Below, one piece after another: positions 14,633-43,400 of a stretch of 64,000 bases of DNA (position 1 is the first letter of the stretch; each line of letters opens with the position of its first letter). Below the pieces are notes generated by a model that did no database searches, was not told the DNA's origin, and saw only the letters and a program-made list of their open reading frames with translations. Position numbers and translations under genes: made by a program. Origin of the DNA: Tubiluchus corallicola. Its lineage: Eukaryota > Animalia > Priapulida. The stretch is from NCBI GenBank assembly GCA_030141605.1, contig JAQGDQ010000613.1:62001-126000 (forward strand), read 5' to 3'.

Positions 14633-15189
14633 ATTAGACTGAAATTACACATGATGTAGTGTAGTATTCCAAATTAATTGTCTGGATGTATTAAGTGTTA
14701 TGTAACATCATTGCTGAATAGCAGAAAGATGATATACTATGTTTATACTGTAAATATTTATAAGTGTACGTGTCATTCTAGTCCTAAATATATCTACACA
14801 ACTTGTATAAGTAGCTATAAATACTTTGTGGAACTATAATCTATGGTAAAAGTGTGTCTTTTTCTTAAAAAATAATGCATTATTGCCACTATGACACTCA
14901 GTAGTATAAGTTTACAAGTAGCTGTATAAGTACGTCTTTTTCTTAAAAAATGAATAAGTCAGACCTAATACGATGCTGCTGAAATCGTGTTATAACTCGG
15001 TGCAAACTGGTATACACAATTGTCCATGGAAATTCATTAATTATAAAAAAAATTATCAGGGAACTATTTTTATGTAAAAAAACACATCATTTTAATTTAA
15101 GCAGACTGTAAGCAAGAGTGTAGGAAGGGCCTTTTTGGAGAAATCTTTGAACATGAAGTTCCTTGTCAGCTAGAGAGAGCCAGCTCATA

Positions 15190-15569
15190 AGCCGTTTCAT
15201 AGTTTCATTGTGCACTAGCGCAGTTGCTGTAGGTCAAAGGTTAAGTGTACCACAGCAACGCGTCTTAACTACAAGCATCACGTGACATTGTGGGTAACGC
15301 AAATCATTAGTTCAGTACTTCAGTTGTTTTACGTGGACTTTGCTTAATTATGCATTAGTTTATGCTCAGAATGATTTGCTAGCAGGATCTTGCCTGGGAA
15401 CAAGAAAAATCAGTTAGGTAAGGTTCTAGGTAGCTGTTAAAACTGTTAGTATTATAGTAACGTGGGCTGCGAGGCGTTGTCAAGTGTATACAAATGTGTT
15501 GTCTGGTATACTTAACCTTTGACCTTTTAACGATCGTCATCAATCTCTGAAACTGTGAAAAGGCGGGCT
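15190..15569. mobile_element. MITE family F copy 2
   Basis: Same orientation and sequence blocks as 7104-7477 (ggttttacgtggacttt, taggtaaggttctag, cttaacctttgacctttt). Confidence 0.7.
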
Positions 15570-17944
15570 TATTTTATATTAGCAAGTCATAATAACATTA
15601 TATTTTGTTATTTTTCCCAGTAGGTTCAATCAATTGAAAAATTTATGCGACTTTAGAAAATGATTAAAGATGGAAAATGTTTATTAAACAAAATAACCGT
15701 GTCCTAGCAGCTTTTACTTAGTGACCCTGCCATTCGTTAATGCACAAATTAACTTTTTGAAAAGTTTTGGCTTCCAGTCAGAATTGCATTGTTGTTTTAT
15801 ATTATGTTGTTGTTGTATTTATTTCTTTAACTAATAACAAACGTAATAATAAAAATGATTTTTTCTGTGTATACTTGTTACTGTGTATTATTGATTTCAA
15901 TTTCAGAAGTTTCAATTTTAAAAATAAACACAAGTACATTAAACCTTGAATCAAAAACATTTAACACTAAATTCGAAACAATGACAAACGACATTATATA
16001 TTTTAAATTAATTACACAAGTTTGGTAAAATCAAAATATACAAATCACTTTACCTGGAAACACAGGTGCATCAAACTACTCGATGTTGTTTGTTTAATTA
16101 CAAAAAAGCAAATGATCCTGATTAATAATCAAACAAATGACTTAGAACTGAGAGAAAGTATTGCATTATTTGTGAACTGTCAAGCCAATGATATACCAAA
16201 GCTTTCGGCATCTGGCGTTCGCTTTTTCAGTATCACGAAGACAGAAACAACGTTTATGTTGTCAATAGGTGACGAAACCAAAGACTGGCAGCAGACGCTG
16301 GCTAATTTTTCCTATTTTTTGAACATCTGACATCCAGTGCTGTTAAAAATATTCAACCAGCTAGTGGTAACTGAGCCTGCAAATTATTATATGAATAACT
16401 GGGTCTGCAAATTATTATATGAATAAACAACGTAAAAAACAAAAAGCATTGCAAAAATAAACTTGATATCGTCCATTTTGTTTGGTTTTTTTAGAAGAAT
16501 GCAGAGATTAGATGTCAGACACTTTCATGTTAAGTTACTATCCAGTGAAAGTTGGATGCCAGAGACTTTGATATGTTAAGTTACTATCCAGTGAACGTTG
16601 GCCTTGGGGTATCATAGGATTGCATGAGATCAAACAATCAGCGTTCCCATAAAGCAATAAATAAATATCTGTCTGCTATCGTGAATCCCATTGGCTTTAC
16701 TCACTAGTACAATTAAGCAGCTTTGTTTATCACCACAATAAAAAATTAAAGTAACTATCAATCATATTCTACCATGGGTGTTGGTAATTATGATTTAATT
16801 ACCACGCTACTGAAGATAAAGCTATATAATTAAAACTATGTAATCAACTAATTTTAAATTCTTGAAAAATCACCCCATACTCGGCAAAACAAGTGTGCTA
16901 AAGAAAGCAATTTGAATATTCTAAAAATACTCTATATTGTTTTGGGCATAATTAAGTTATATAGACTAACTCAATAAGTATTTCCTTTTTAACAAATGCT
17001 CACACAGTTAAACCTTGCATGATGCAATGAACATAGTTAAGTTATTTGTTCATCTAACTACAAACTGTAATGGACAACGTGCCTATTTACAATAATGAGA
17101 ACGGCCGTGCTATTCTTATACCTTCAAAAAATATGCGATTGCATTACATTAGCTGGCACAACCACTTAATACACACGACTGCCTCCTTCATAGGTAGATT
17201 CAATGATCACAATAATCTCATTTCAAATATTATCAAGTTATCATCATACATCTGCGTATTTATCATGCAATTAACTTAGCAAAATTTAAGTAGCATATTA
17301 TAGCTGCATTGAATGCTGTTTAACAAATAGTGGCATGCATTCATTGAACATAAGCACCAACTACTTAGCACCATATTAAGCAAACATAAGCCAACTATAG
17401 CGAACTAGCATCAACACTTAGCCAAACAAGTGAGTTATGAACATAATGACATCCTACGCAAATGTGGCCCAAAACATGTCGTAAGCCTTAGTTTTATATT
17501 GGTAATATTTATTACTTACGTACACAACCTTAAACCTAAATGTTGAAGTAAATGGATAAAAGTAAATTAAAATGCCAATGAAAATTCTTCTACAACCTTG
17601 GCCACAGTTAGCAGTGAAATGACACAGTTTAGATAAATGTATTTTTCTATCTGGACAGACATCATGGACACCCTGAATGTGCACAATGTCAGCCCTAGAC
17701 TCGTCGGAAAGGTAAACCATTAGCAAGTCTTGCTTGCAATAAGAACCCTTCACTGACTACTAAAACATGACCATCATTCACTCAAGATCCACGTGTAGAA
17801 AAAATTACTGGTCAAGTTAATTTGAAAATCTGATGCATGCTACACAATCACAGTCTGGAAATTTCAGTCACTTGCATAACTTGCAAATATTATTAACATA
17901 AATCAGAAACTAGAGACATTTTCCATAAAAGCCTGATGCCGGTT

Positions 17945-18033
17945 TCACAAAGTCGTTACTAAGTTAACGAAGTTGTTATTACATTCACTTAACTATTAAT
18001 AACGACGTCGTTAAGTTGGTGACGGCTTTGTGA
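17945..18033 (+). repeat. Near-perfect 89-nt hairpin (36-bp arms, 17-nt loop)
   Basis: Arms 17945-17980 and 17998-18033 pair at 34/36 positions on the + strand, counting 4 G-U pairs. Confidence 0.8.
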
Positions 18034-19162
18034 TTTGAAAGATTACCACATTATGCAATCCACTATGACTATTTGACTACAGTATTGATTCATATAAAAC
18101 CAAAACTAGTCATGCTAAATTTAGGTGCGACAGTGTACACTTTAACTTTCTTTTGAAATTTTATAATATATATATCTAACAATTCAAAAATGCTACAATA
18201 TCAGCGTTTCAGGGAGTTGAAACACTCAAGAACTTAACGAGAATTCATGTACTTACACTACAACAAAGTAGTACATTAATCGAGTAACTAGTGCTGAATA
18301 TCAAACTGTATAACATCAAAAAAATGAATTAAAATAATGATATGCGCAAAGTAGCGTGCCTACACTACGGAGTATGAATATACTAATAAATTCACACACG
18401 CGTTTCTCCAACACTTACAACAGCTTGAAGTTAACAAGGAAACATGTACCCTTTTCATAAAAGGTAACAATCACAATAACAATGACAAAATTTGAAACAA
18501 TGCAAACGGAGGAACAATGCATCTAATGCGTTGCATAAATATATCACGGTGGGCACAATCACAACGAAAGCACTAATAATAACACGTAATGGAATACACG
18601 GCGGCTATTTTACCTCCATACTTTCTCTCAAGAATGCAAAAATACAAGCTTGCTGTTTTCGTTAGTTATAAAAATGATTGCACTAACGCATCACTGTTCC
18701 AGTAAATGGCAGAAAAATGGGGTACAGAACAAAAAAATAAATATCACCGGAATTTTTAATTAGTGTCCAAAGCACAAAATGTGTACAATAAAACACAGAT
18801 TGGTTCAAAATAAAATCAATACTTCAGATAGTCTTAAGTATAGAACATTGAGTCTGAGGAGGAAAATGCTTGTGAAATTATTTAAGAATTTTCATAAATT
18901 GCTGGTAATAATTTCTCAAAAACAATTTACAAAAACATTTAAAATGACTACATGAAGTTCTACGCAAAACTACTGTATCTAAAAATAGAAAAAATAAAAG
19001 TGATGTCACCCGAATAAAGTGATGCAGCTGTTTACATTTTTTACAGGGCAGAAGTGACGTCATGCAGCAAACTTTGACTCAAAAGTGATGAAACAGTTGA
19101 TGTAACATTTACTCAGAAACTTGCATTTTTCAACGAGGAATCTAGGACACCGAAAACATATA

Positions 19163-19722
19163 CAGTAAACTATGTATAATTCGAACACCTCAGGACCGGA
19201 AAATTTGTTCGATTTATGCAAAAGTACGAGATAGATAATGTTCGTAAGAAACTAAGATTGAGTCGCTCATCAATGTCGGACAATACAATGCAGCCTGTGA
19301 AAATGAGAAACTGAGCCTTTAATCAAATAACAAACAAAAATTGTTATGAATAATCAAAAATGAAATGAATGGTCCACCTTTATTGTAGTCTGAGTAGCAT
19401 GGTTATTAGAATTCGGCAATAATAATATTGTGATCTACATTAAACCATGCTCGTCAATCCTGTTGTGTGCAACTTTCTGCTAAGTTAATACAAGAAATTT
19501 TGGCATTTTTGCTGAAACTAGCAGTTAAAACCGTAATGTGGTGCACACTTTCATGTAGGACTTCTTGCTTGGAAGGCTGTTCGAGATAAGCGAGGTAATT
19601 TCAGCCAAATTCTTAAGAATTGTACAGGGAATTTGGTTTGAGTTACGCAATGTTTGTTAAAGGGAAGAATAAAAGGAAAAATCAGTTCCACGAGACCAAT
19701 TCGAGTTATATGTAGTTTACTG
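19163..19722. mobile_element. pogo/Tigger-like MITE downstream of the HIF1AN stop
   Basis: ta|CAGTAAACTATGTATAATTCGAA...TTCGAGTTATATGTAGTTTACTG TIRs. Confidence 0.75.
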
Positions 19723-19932
19723 CATGTCTTAATAATTTTTCCAAGTAACATTTTGTCCGAAGCTCTTCCTTTGAGCGGGACTAGAATGAAGATTTCCGCA
19801 GAATCAAGGAGTTGTTATACAGGAAAAAATCCAGCTAAATGAAAATTATTTGGTTTCTGAATGAAATAAAATTTACAACAAAACTAACAAAAAATCTGAT
19901 TTTTATACAGCAAGAAAGGAACGGCAAGCCAT

Positions 19933-36136
<16,204 letters not shown>

Positions 36137-36306
36137 ATTAAATGTTTACATGCTTAGTGGTGCTCTCTAACGGGAAGGTAAAAACTTTTAGCGTCCTCTA
36201 GTGGCTGTTGACGTGGCTTTCGACATATTTTTCCTTGTCAATTTTATCTGAAAATCTGTCATAATCTCAATATTTAAACGGCGGATTTTAGTAGTTTTTA
36301 GCAGAG
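36137..36306. promoter_or_regulatory. Bidirectional promoter / 5' UTR region shared by HIF1AN and TM9SF3
   Basis: 170 bp between divergent ATGs (36136 -, 36307 +); contains a CTCF-like motif (36189-36207) and TGACGTGGC (36209-36217). Confidence 0.75.
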
Positions 36307-39300
36307 ATGAAGAGCAGGGACTCAATATTCTTTTTTGTTGTTTTGTTTGTAACAGTAGCTTTCGTGAACTGTGATGAACATACCCATACAGTAAGTACCT
36401 TATTCTTGCGTTTCTTAACAGTTCACGTTATTAATAACGCTTAAATTGATTTAAGATTTAAAGAAAATACTGATTTGTGAATGAATGGGTTTAGTGTTTG
36501 TTTTTTCATTAGAGCTGTGACTGTAATTATAAGTGAGCCGGCTGATATTTAAGCTAGGTACTGATTTGATAAACGAGTTGCTAATTTTTTAAGACAGGAG
36601 CATAATTTCGCACACTTGCAGTTTAGGTGGTTCTCATACCCTACTACCTTCCTATATCAGTCCCACTGCCAACGCTTTACCTCCTTCCCACTCCAAACCT
36701 GCCAATGTTTGTTCCGATGTTAATTATTTTATTGTATGAACCGCAACCATGCTTTGCTGGTTGCACCACGTTTCGAAAGAGAAACAAAAGTTGTAATTTG
36801 TAATTTATTGTCCACTTCAGCATAATTAAATTATCACATTGTAACTGTTATACATCAAATCAATTGTAATTACAATAATTGTAAAATAACTATATTAATA
36901 TAGTTACTAACAGCATAATAGTTTATCAACAGGAAATATAATTATGCTGTATGGTGGTCAAAAAGCAAAGCTTGTAAGACCACCATGAATAGGGGAGAAA
37001 AAAAGCTTAATTAACAACAGAAAGAATTATAGCAAAACAGGGAATAGTTACCATAAAATAAAAGACAGAGATAGAGAAAAAGAGAAGAGAAGTGAAATAG
37101 AAATGAGTTACAAAAGAACGCCGGCAGAGTACGCCACTTATTGGCACACGCAGACAAAATTGCGCACGTTGAGAAAATTCGTCCGAAGCTCTTTTTAACT
37201 TCAGCAAGTTTACAATTTGGTTCTTTTTTGTGAAACATTGTGAAGAGATTTTCTAGGCTGCGGAACACAGAAGTAGATAAAAAATATCGCTCTCTGCTAA
37301 TTCCCAAATGAAAATATTTCATCAAATCCGTCAATCTTAGTCTGTCTCATGATGCTAACAGTAAGTTTTTTAAAATTATTTTTTTTATAAATAGGAGGTA
37401 TGTTTCAACTTTTCTTTATATCAGCGTACAGATGAAGGATGCTTCTTTCTATTGTAGCTCTGCTTTCAGCGATATTTCTGATTTAGGCGATGTGAGAGTG
37501 CACTAAAAAAGAACCACCTAAACTGTAATCTACCCGCAAAATTTACTTAACCTTACAATTTGCCTTTTCATTGATGCCTTAAAGCAGTTGGTTGATGATG
37601 CATCTATGGTTTGTTCCATCGATTGACAACACTAGGCAAAAGATTGGAAACAGATCAGAGAAGAGCAACTAGAATTTTCTGAATCTGAATCTGCAAATTT
37701 GCAAATCCGCTTCCCCCTCAAAATTTGAATTTTCCTGTTTAACAGCTATCCAATAACTGCACCACTTTCTTAATTCAAATCTACAATCCTTTCCGGATTC
37801 CAAAAGTTTCCTATCCTCAAGCCTACTCGCAAATTCAAATACTTTGATCTCATACATATATTTTTACGTTTACACGGCTAGTTTTTGGCTATAACATGTA
37901 TTTTGCCATTCACTAGTTAAGTGGCATTTGCATAGCATGCAGATGCATTTTCCACCTGCGGAATGTGTCCAAGGCCCATTTCACATAGAGGACGCAAGAA
38001 AAATGGCGCACGGATTTACTGTCAGAAAATTTCTCCGCGATAACTCATACGGCAAGAATGTTCATTTCACGCAGAAAAACATGATTTTCTTACTCGTGTC
38101 TAACTAGCTCCTACTATCAGTCCCTTTACACTTTGCAATTTGCTCTAATTACAATTAATAGGTTTAATCCAAACGGTAAAACTGTTTCTTTTTAGAGTAG
38201 CTAGTAACTTATACCGTCATAAGTCCAACCAAGAAGTGCTGAGTTTCAGCTTGTAGAGTGCTGTAATGTATAAAAACACTGTAAAATGTTCTAAAGTGGC
38301 GTTTACCAGACATTCGGAATGCGTTAGGCGTTATTGCATATCCAACTGCGTATAAAGAATCAATAGGAATAGCTGCAGAAAAAGAATAACGCATACTCAG
38401 GATGCATGAACGGCTGCACTGAAAACAATGTAAACTGATTTTATCTATTCTGCACCCCTCAAAACGTATCTGCATCTGGATGCCACGTAAATGCCACTTT
38501 AGATAGGAAGTAGACCTACATCTCGGAAACCATGTTGCACAAAAAACAGGTGCTGTACATCTCAGTTCAGATTGTTTAGTTGTGATGTAGTGCACATGTT
38601 CAAGAGCTCATATGGGACTGCAGCGGTGAGCTTGAAATTTGAATTTTAAACTTAAAATTTACCGAGTTTTTGTATATCACATTGAATGCTGTACAGTTGC
38701 ACTGTGCTTCAATTTTCACTTTCGCAAACACGTGCAGCAGGCTCGTAGAATGTGTGTTCATTTGTGATGTCATCACTAATTTGGCTCGCTAGTTAATTTT
38801 TAACATGTTATTTAGATGTCAGTAACACGATTGCATTATTATAGGTGTTAAAATATATACTTTTTGCCTTACTTCAAAATGGGGCAATGTATGAAAAATC
38901 GTCCAGTTTTTGCTTAGCGTAAATCAAAATTAATGGAAAGATCTTATGTGCATTAATTATAATATGTGTTGATAACTTGGTAGCTGGTTGGATACTTGTG
39001 GTTAGATTTTAAAGTAGCAAGTATCAAATTCCTTGGATTTGCTTTACTGAAGGTAAATCATTATCAGGTAACGTGGCTGTCAACTTCCCATTTCTAGGTG
39101 ATAAGTTGTGTTTCTAACCAGAGCTGTGGAGTCGGAGTTGGTAGTAAATTCACTGCCAGAGGAGTCGGAGTCGGAGTTGTTAAAACTTAGGGTTTTGGAG
39201 TCGAAGTCGGGACTCGGGAGAGCACTTATTGTTAGTGGAGTTAGTGTTAAAGTCGGTAAAAAATAGACAAACGCAAACTCCAGTTACTTTTAACGCATTT

Positions 39301-40372
39301 ATGCATAACATCGCATTTTGGGATGCCTTCGTATTGGTGTCTATGCAGCTAGACTCTTTTTCGAGCATAAGAAGTAGTGATGAAATGCCACTGTAATTAA
39401 ATATTGAGAACACTACAAACTATTACTTAAAGGCAAGAGTCGAGAGTTGGAGTTGGGAGTCGGGGTTCCTAAAATTTTAGGAGTCAGAGTTGGGTCTAAA
39501 ATTTTAGGAGTCAGAGTCGGAGATGTATCTTCTAAAAGTCCAAGAGTCGTAGTTGCAGCCAGAGTCAGGAGTTTAATGTACCGACTCCACAGCCATGTCT
39601 CTAACATTGCATAATGTGTCATGATTTAACTTTGTATGTAAGTTAGCATTGCTTCTGTTCTGGTGGTTTTAATACAAGCTTGCCTTCTGTGTTTTTAGTA
39701 CATAGAAAAGGAAGAAGTGGTCTTGTGGATGAACACAGTTGGACCATATCACAATCGGCAGGAAACATACACGTACTTCACGCTTCCATTCTGTCCTGGG
39801 CCAAAAACTGACATTAGTCATTATCATGAAACGCTTGGTGAAGCGCTGCAGGGCACTGAGCTGGAATTTAGTGGTTTAGATATTGACTTTAGAGGTATTA
39901 TTATCAACTGCCGTTTTTTATGTTTAATAGTAAAGCTGCTGATGGATGTATGTAGTACATGGTTAAATACATGGTTATACTTTTGTGAATTCAGAAGCTA
40001 AAATGCCGTTATGCTGGATCGGTTTCTCTCTCTCTCTCTCTTCTCTACTCTTCTCTTCACTTCTCATCTTCTCTTATCTTTTCTCTTCTCTGCTCCTCTC
40101 TTCACTTCTCATATTCTATTCTCTCTCATCATTTTCTCTTTTCCTTTATTATCTTTTTTTCTTTAATTTTCCTTTCCTTTCCATTCCATTCTGTTCCTTT
40201 CCTTTCTTTCCTTTTTCTTATTTAATTACATTTTCTTTCCCCTTCTCCCTTCTGCTCTTTCATTTTCTGTCCTTTTCTCTGTTTTCTTCTCTTCTGCTTT
40301 TCTCTCCTCTGCTGCTTTCTTCTTCCCATCGCTCTGTCTCTGGTTTTCCTCCCCCCTCTTTCTCTCTCTCTC

Positions 40373-40455
<83 letters not shown>

Positions 40456-43400
40456 TATGGGTGATCTATCAATGCATACCCCACATATTACAGTCAGGAA
40501 TCTTTTACATTTCAGCTCCCGTAAGTAAAACACAGTATTGCTCGGTTAAACTAACCGAAGATAAACTGCAAATGTTCATATATGCAGTGAAGAACTACTA
40601 TTGGTACCAAATGTACATTGATGATCTTCCCATATGGGGTAAGTTCATGTAGTTTGCTACCAGCCATAGAACAGCAAGTTATTTGCTATTACACGTTCAA
40701 TTCATTGTGAATTCTTCAGACTCGACGCACATAACACCAAAATTGTTCGTTTTGTGGTTTGAGTTTAGTTGTTGAAATGTTTTTTGGGAAGTGTGCTAAG
40801 TTCTGTCACAAGTATAGGCCTATACCTTTGTGGTTAGTGAAAAGTATGCAAATTTGTAGATGTATGCTAATAATGTTAAATTTTTATTGTCTTTGACTTT
40901 TTGGATGCTTTCAAATGAAGAGAACCAAGGCTATTTTGGAGTATTCACATAGTTTCTCTTTTTAGCATGTAGCAGAACTACAGTTTTCTAACCTAAAGTG
41001 TTTATCCTTTGGAAAAATATCCTTGGCATACTAATTGAAGAAAAAATGTTGCTCAGATCTGAGCATTACTTAGATTTTCAAACTTTTTTCATTATCTTCA
41101 TCAATCAAACGTAACCTCATGTCGCAATTTAAATTTTTTTTACCTGTCCATAGATTTTGAGTAGCTAATTTTTTTGTTGAAGAATTTACGTTTCAGTGAC
41201 TTACTTTATGTTTAGTTTTTTTATTACACGAAAATAGTATTTTCAACATGTTCTCTTCAATTAGTATGCAAAGAATATCATTTCAAAGGATAAATACTTT
41301 TGGCTAAAATACCATAATTCTACTTCATGTTGAAAGAACTATATGTTTGCACTCCAAAATATCCTCAAGTGTTTTATGAGAGTGTTACATTATCTTATCT
41401 TGCAAAAATACCCGGCTGTACATTGAATTGGTACTTTTGCTGACTTTGCTTCCAAATCTTTTACTGAGTTATTATATTTGCAGGTATTGTTGGTGAAGTA
41501 GGAGACTCAGGCGACACGTATTACGTTTGGACACATAAAAAGTTTGACATAGGTTATAACCAAAATCAAATTGTTGATGTTAATCTGACAAGTGAAGCCA
41601 AGGTCAAGCTTGAGAAAGATGCAGAGATTTCATTTACATATGAGGTAATCTATGTTAAATTTAATAATTTTATTACTTGTAAGTTTTATTTACCATGCCT
41701 GGTGCAAGAAAATCTAAAAATTAAATTTAAACATTTAAAAAAATGTTAACAAGTTTGAGATGATTAAGAAGCCATCTTTTCATTACACTATGAACAGTCT
41801 AAAAGCCAATTTTTCTTGTTTTTTGCAGGTTCAGTGGAAAGAGTCGAAAGTTCGTTTTCAGAACAGATTCGACAAATATTTAGACCCTAATTTCTTTCAA
41901 CATCGAGTAAGTGTGTTTTGTAAATTACAGAAGAGAACCATTTGTACACTAATAGTTTTTGGTGTCTGAAGTGCATCATTTTTTTACACAAGGTTGATGA
42001 CCTGATAAATTGACCTTAATTAGGAGTTTTTACACATTCGTTAATTCCTTGTGATGTGCAAAGACCATGTGATATTGTCTGCTTAGTAACGCACTAAAGG
42101 AGAAGACACATCATTTACAGGGTTCCCATTCTGGAAAGTCAATGAAAAAGATAATTTGGTAAAAAAATCAGGGAAAATGGCGAAAGTCGGGGAAATTTGT
42201 AAGGGTTGAAAAATAATCACAGTGAACCGATATTTTTCCAAACATTTTTCAGCGATTCGTTTTCAAATAAAATTTTGCTATGGCAGGCTCCCAGTTTCGA
42301 TTTCTGCTCCAAAAATAATGGTTGGATTAAGAAAGTTTATTTAATGTGATTAGTGTAATTTTGTTAGCACTACTGCAACTGTACCAACGCATTATATATC
42401 TGTTTACGTATGAATGTCCATACACAAAAATGTTTCATTGTGTATACTGGTAGTGCAATTTCGGCTTATCTTAGTCATGGAAAATCAATATTTGGTCAGG
42501 GAAAAGTCAGGGAAATTTATTTTAAAATCAGGAACCCTGATTTAGCATGTTTGGTCTATTTTACTGCTGTCACTGTATGTCTAAAGCATACGGTTAATTT
42601 ATACTGCCACTGTGCTTTTACGCAAAATCAGTTGGCATATTATAGTTGACTTACGCTTGGTTAAATAGAAACTGAAATTTGCAGGACAAAAATTGTCAAT
42701 TTTAACAAAGAATTTTTTGCATTTTAGATTCACTGGTTTTCTATTTTCAACTCATTCATGATGGTCATCTTCTTAGTCGGCCTGGTCAGTATGATACTGA
42801 TGAGAACGCTGCGTAAGGATTATGCTCGTTACAGCAAGGATGAAGAAATGGACGACATGGTATTAGATTTCATCCTTATTTAAATGGAACTAGATTAGAT
42901 TAGAGGTTTTGTAAAGTTTGTATAGGCAAGTTGGATAACAAGTTGTATAGGCAAGTTGGCAATATTATCGTGCTAATCGTACAATGCTTATCGATGCAAA
43001 TCATTATGCATGTCTTGCACATTTACAAAACCATTTCAGAAAGGTGTATTGCAACTGAACCTCGTCGTCGAAGACAGAAGAGAGCGTCCATTCCTTTCTT
43101 TTTTCTTACAAATTAAAACTTACCAGATCTTTCTAAAATCTAAGTGGTTGAGAATTGTAACTAGCAATTATAGAGTTTGTACATGCATAAATTTTGAAAC
43201 AGATTAACAACATTGCAAAGCTCAGTCATTGTTTGAAATTCTGCCTACCTACTTAATAGTACACATTAATCATCGCTCTCGTGCATTTGATTCATTTCGT
43301 CAGTGGTATGATTACCTTCCTGGCAGCACATTAGCTAATATTTTGCTATATAGCCCTCAACACCTGCGTTAGTGCCATATGCAAGTTATTCATCCGGTAT

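Noticed and set aside
17454-17753. 99-aa ORF between the convergent genes (also 16022-16330)
   Set aside because: No recognisable domain, non-ATG starts and no convincing splice structure.
39985-40533. ORFs rich in SL/ER dipeptides
   Set aside because: Translations of the (CT)n/polypyrimidine tract in TM9SF3 intron 2.
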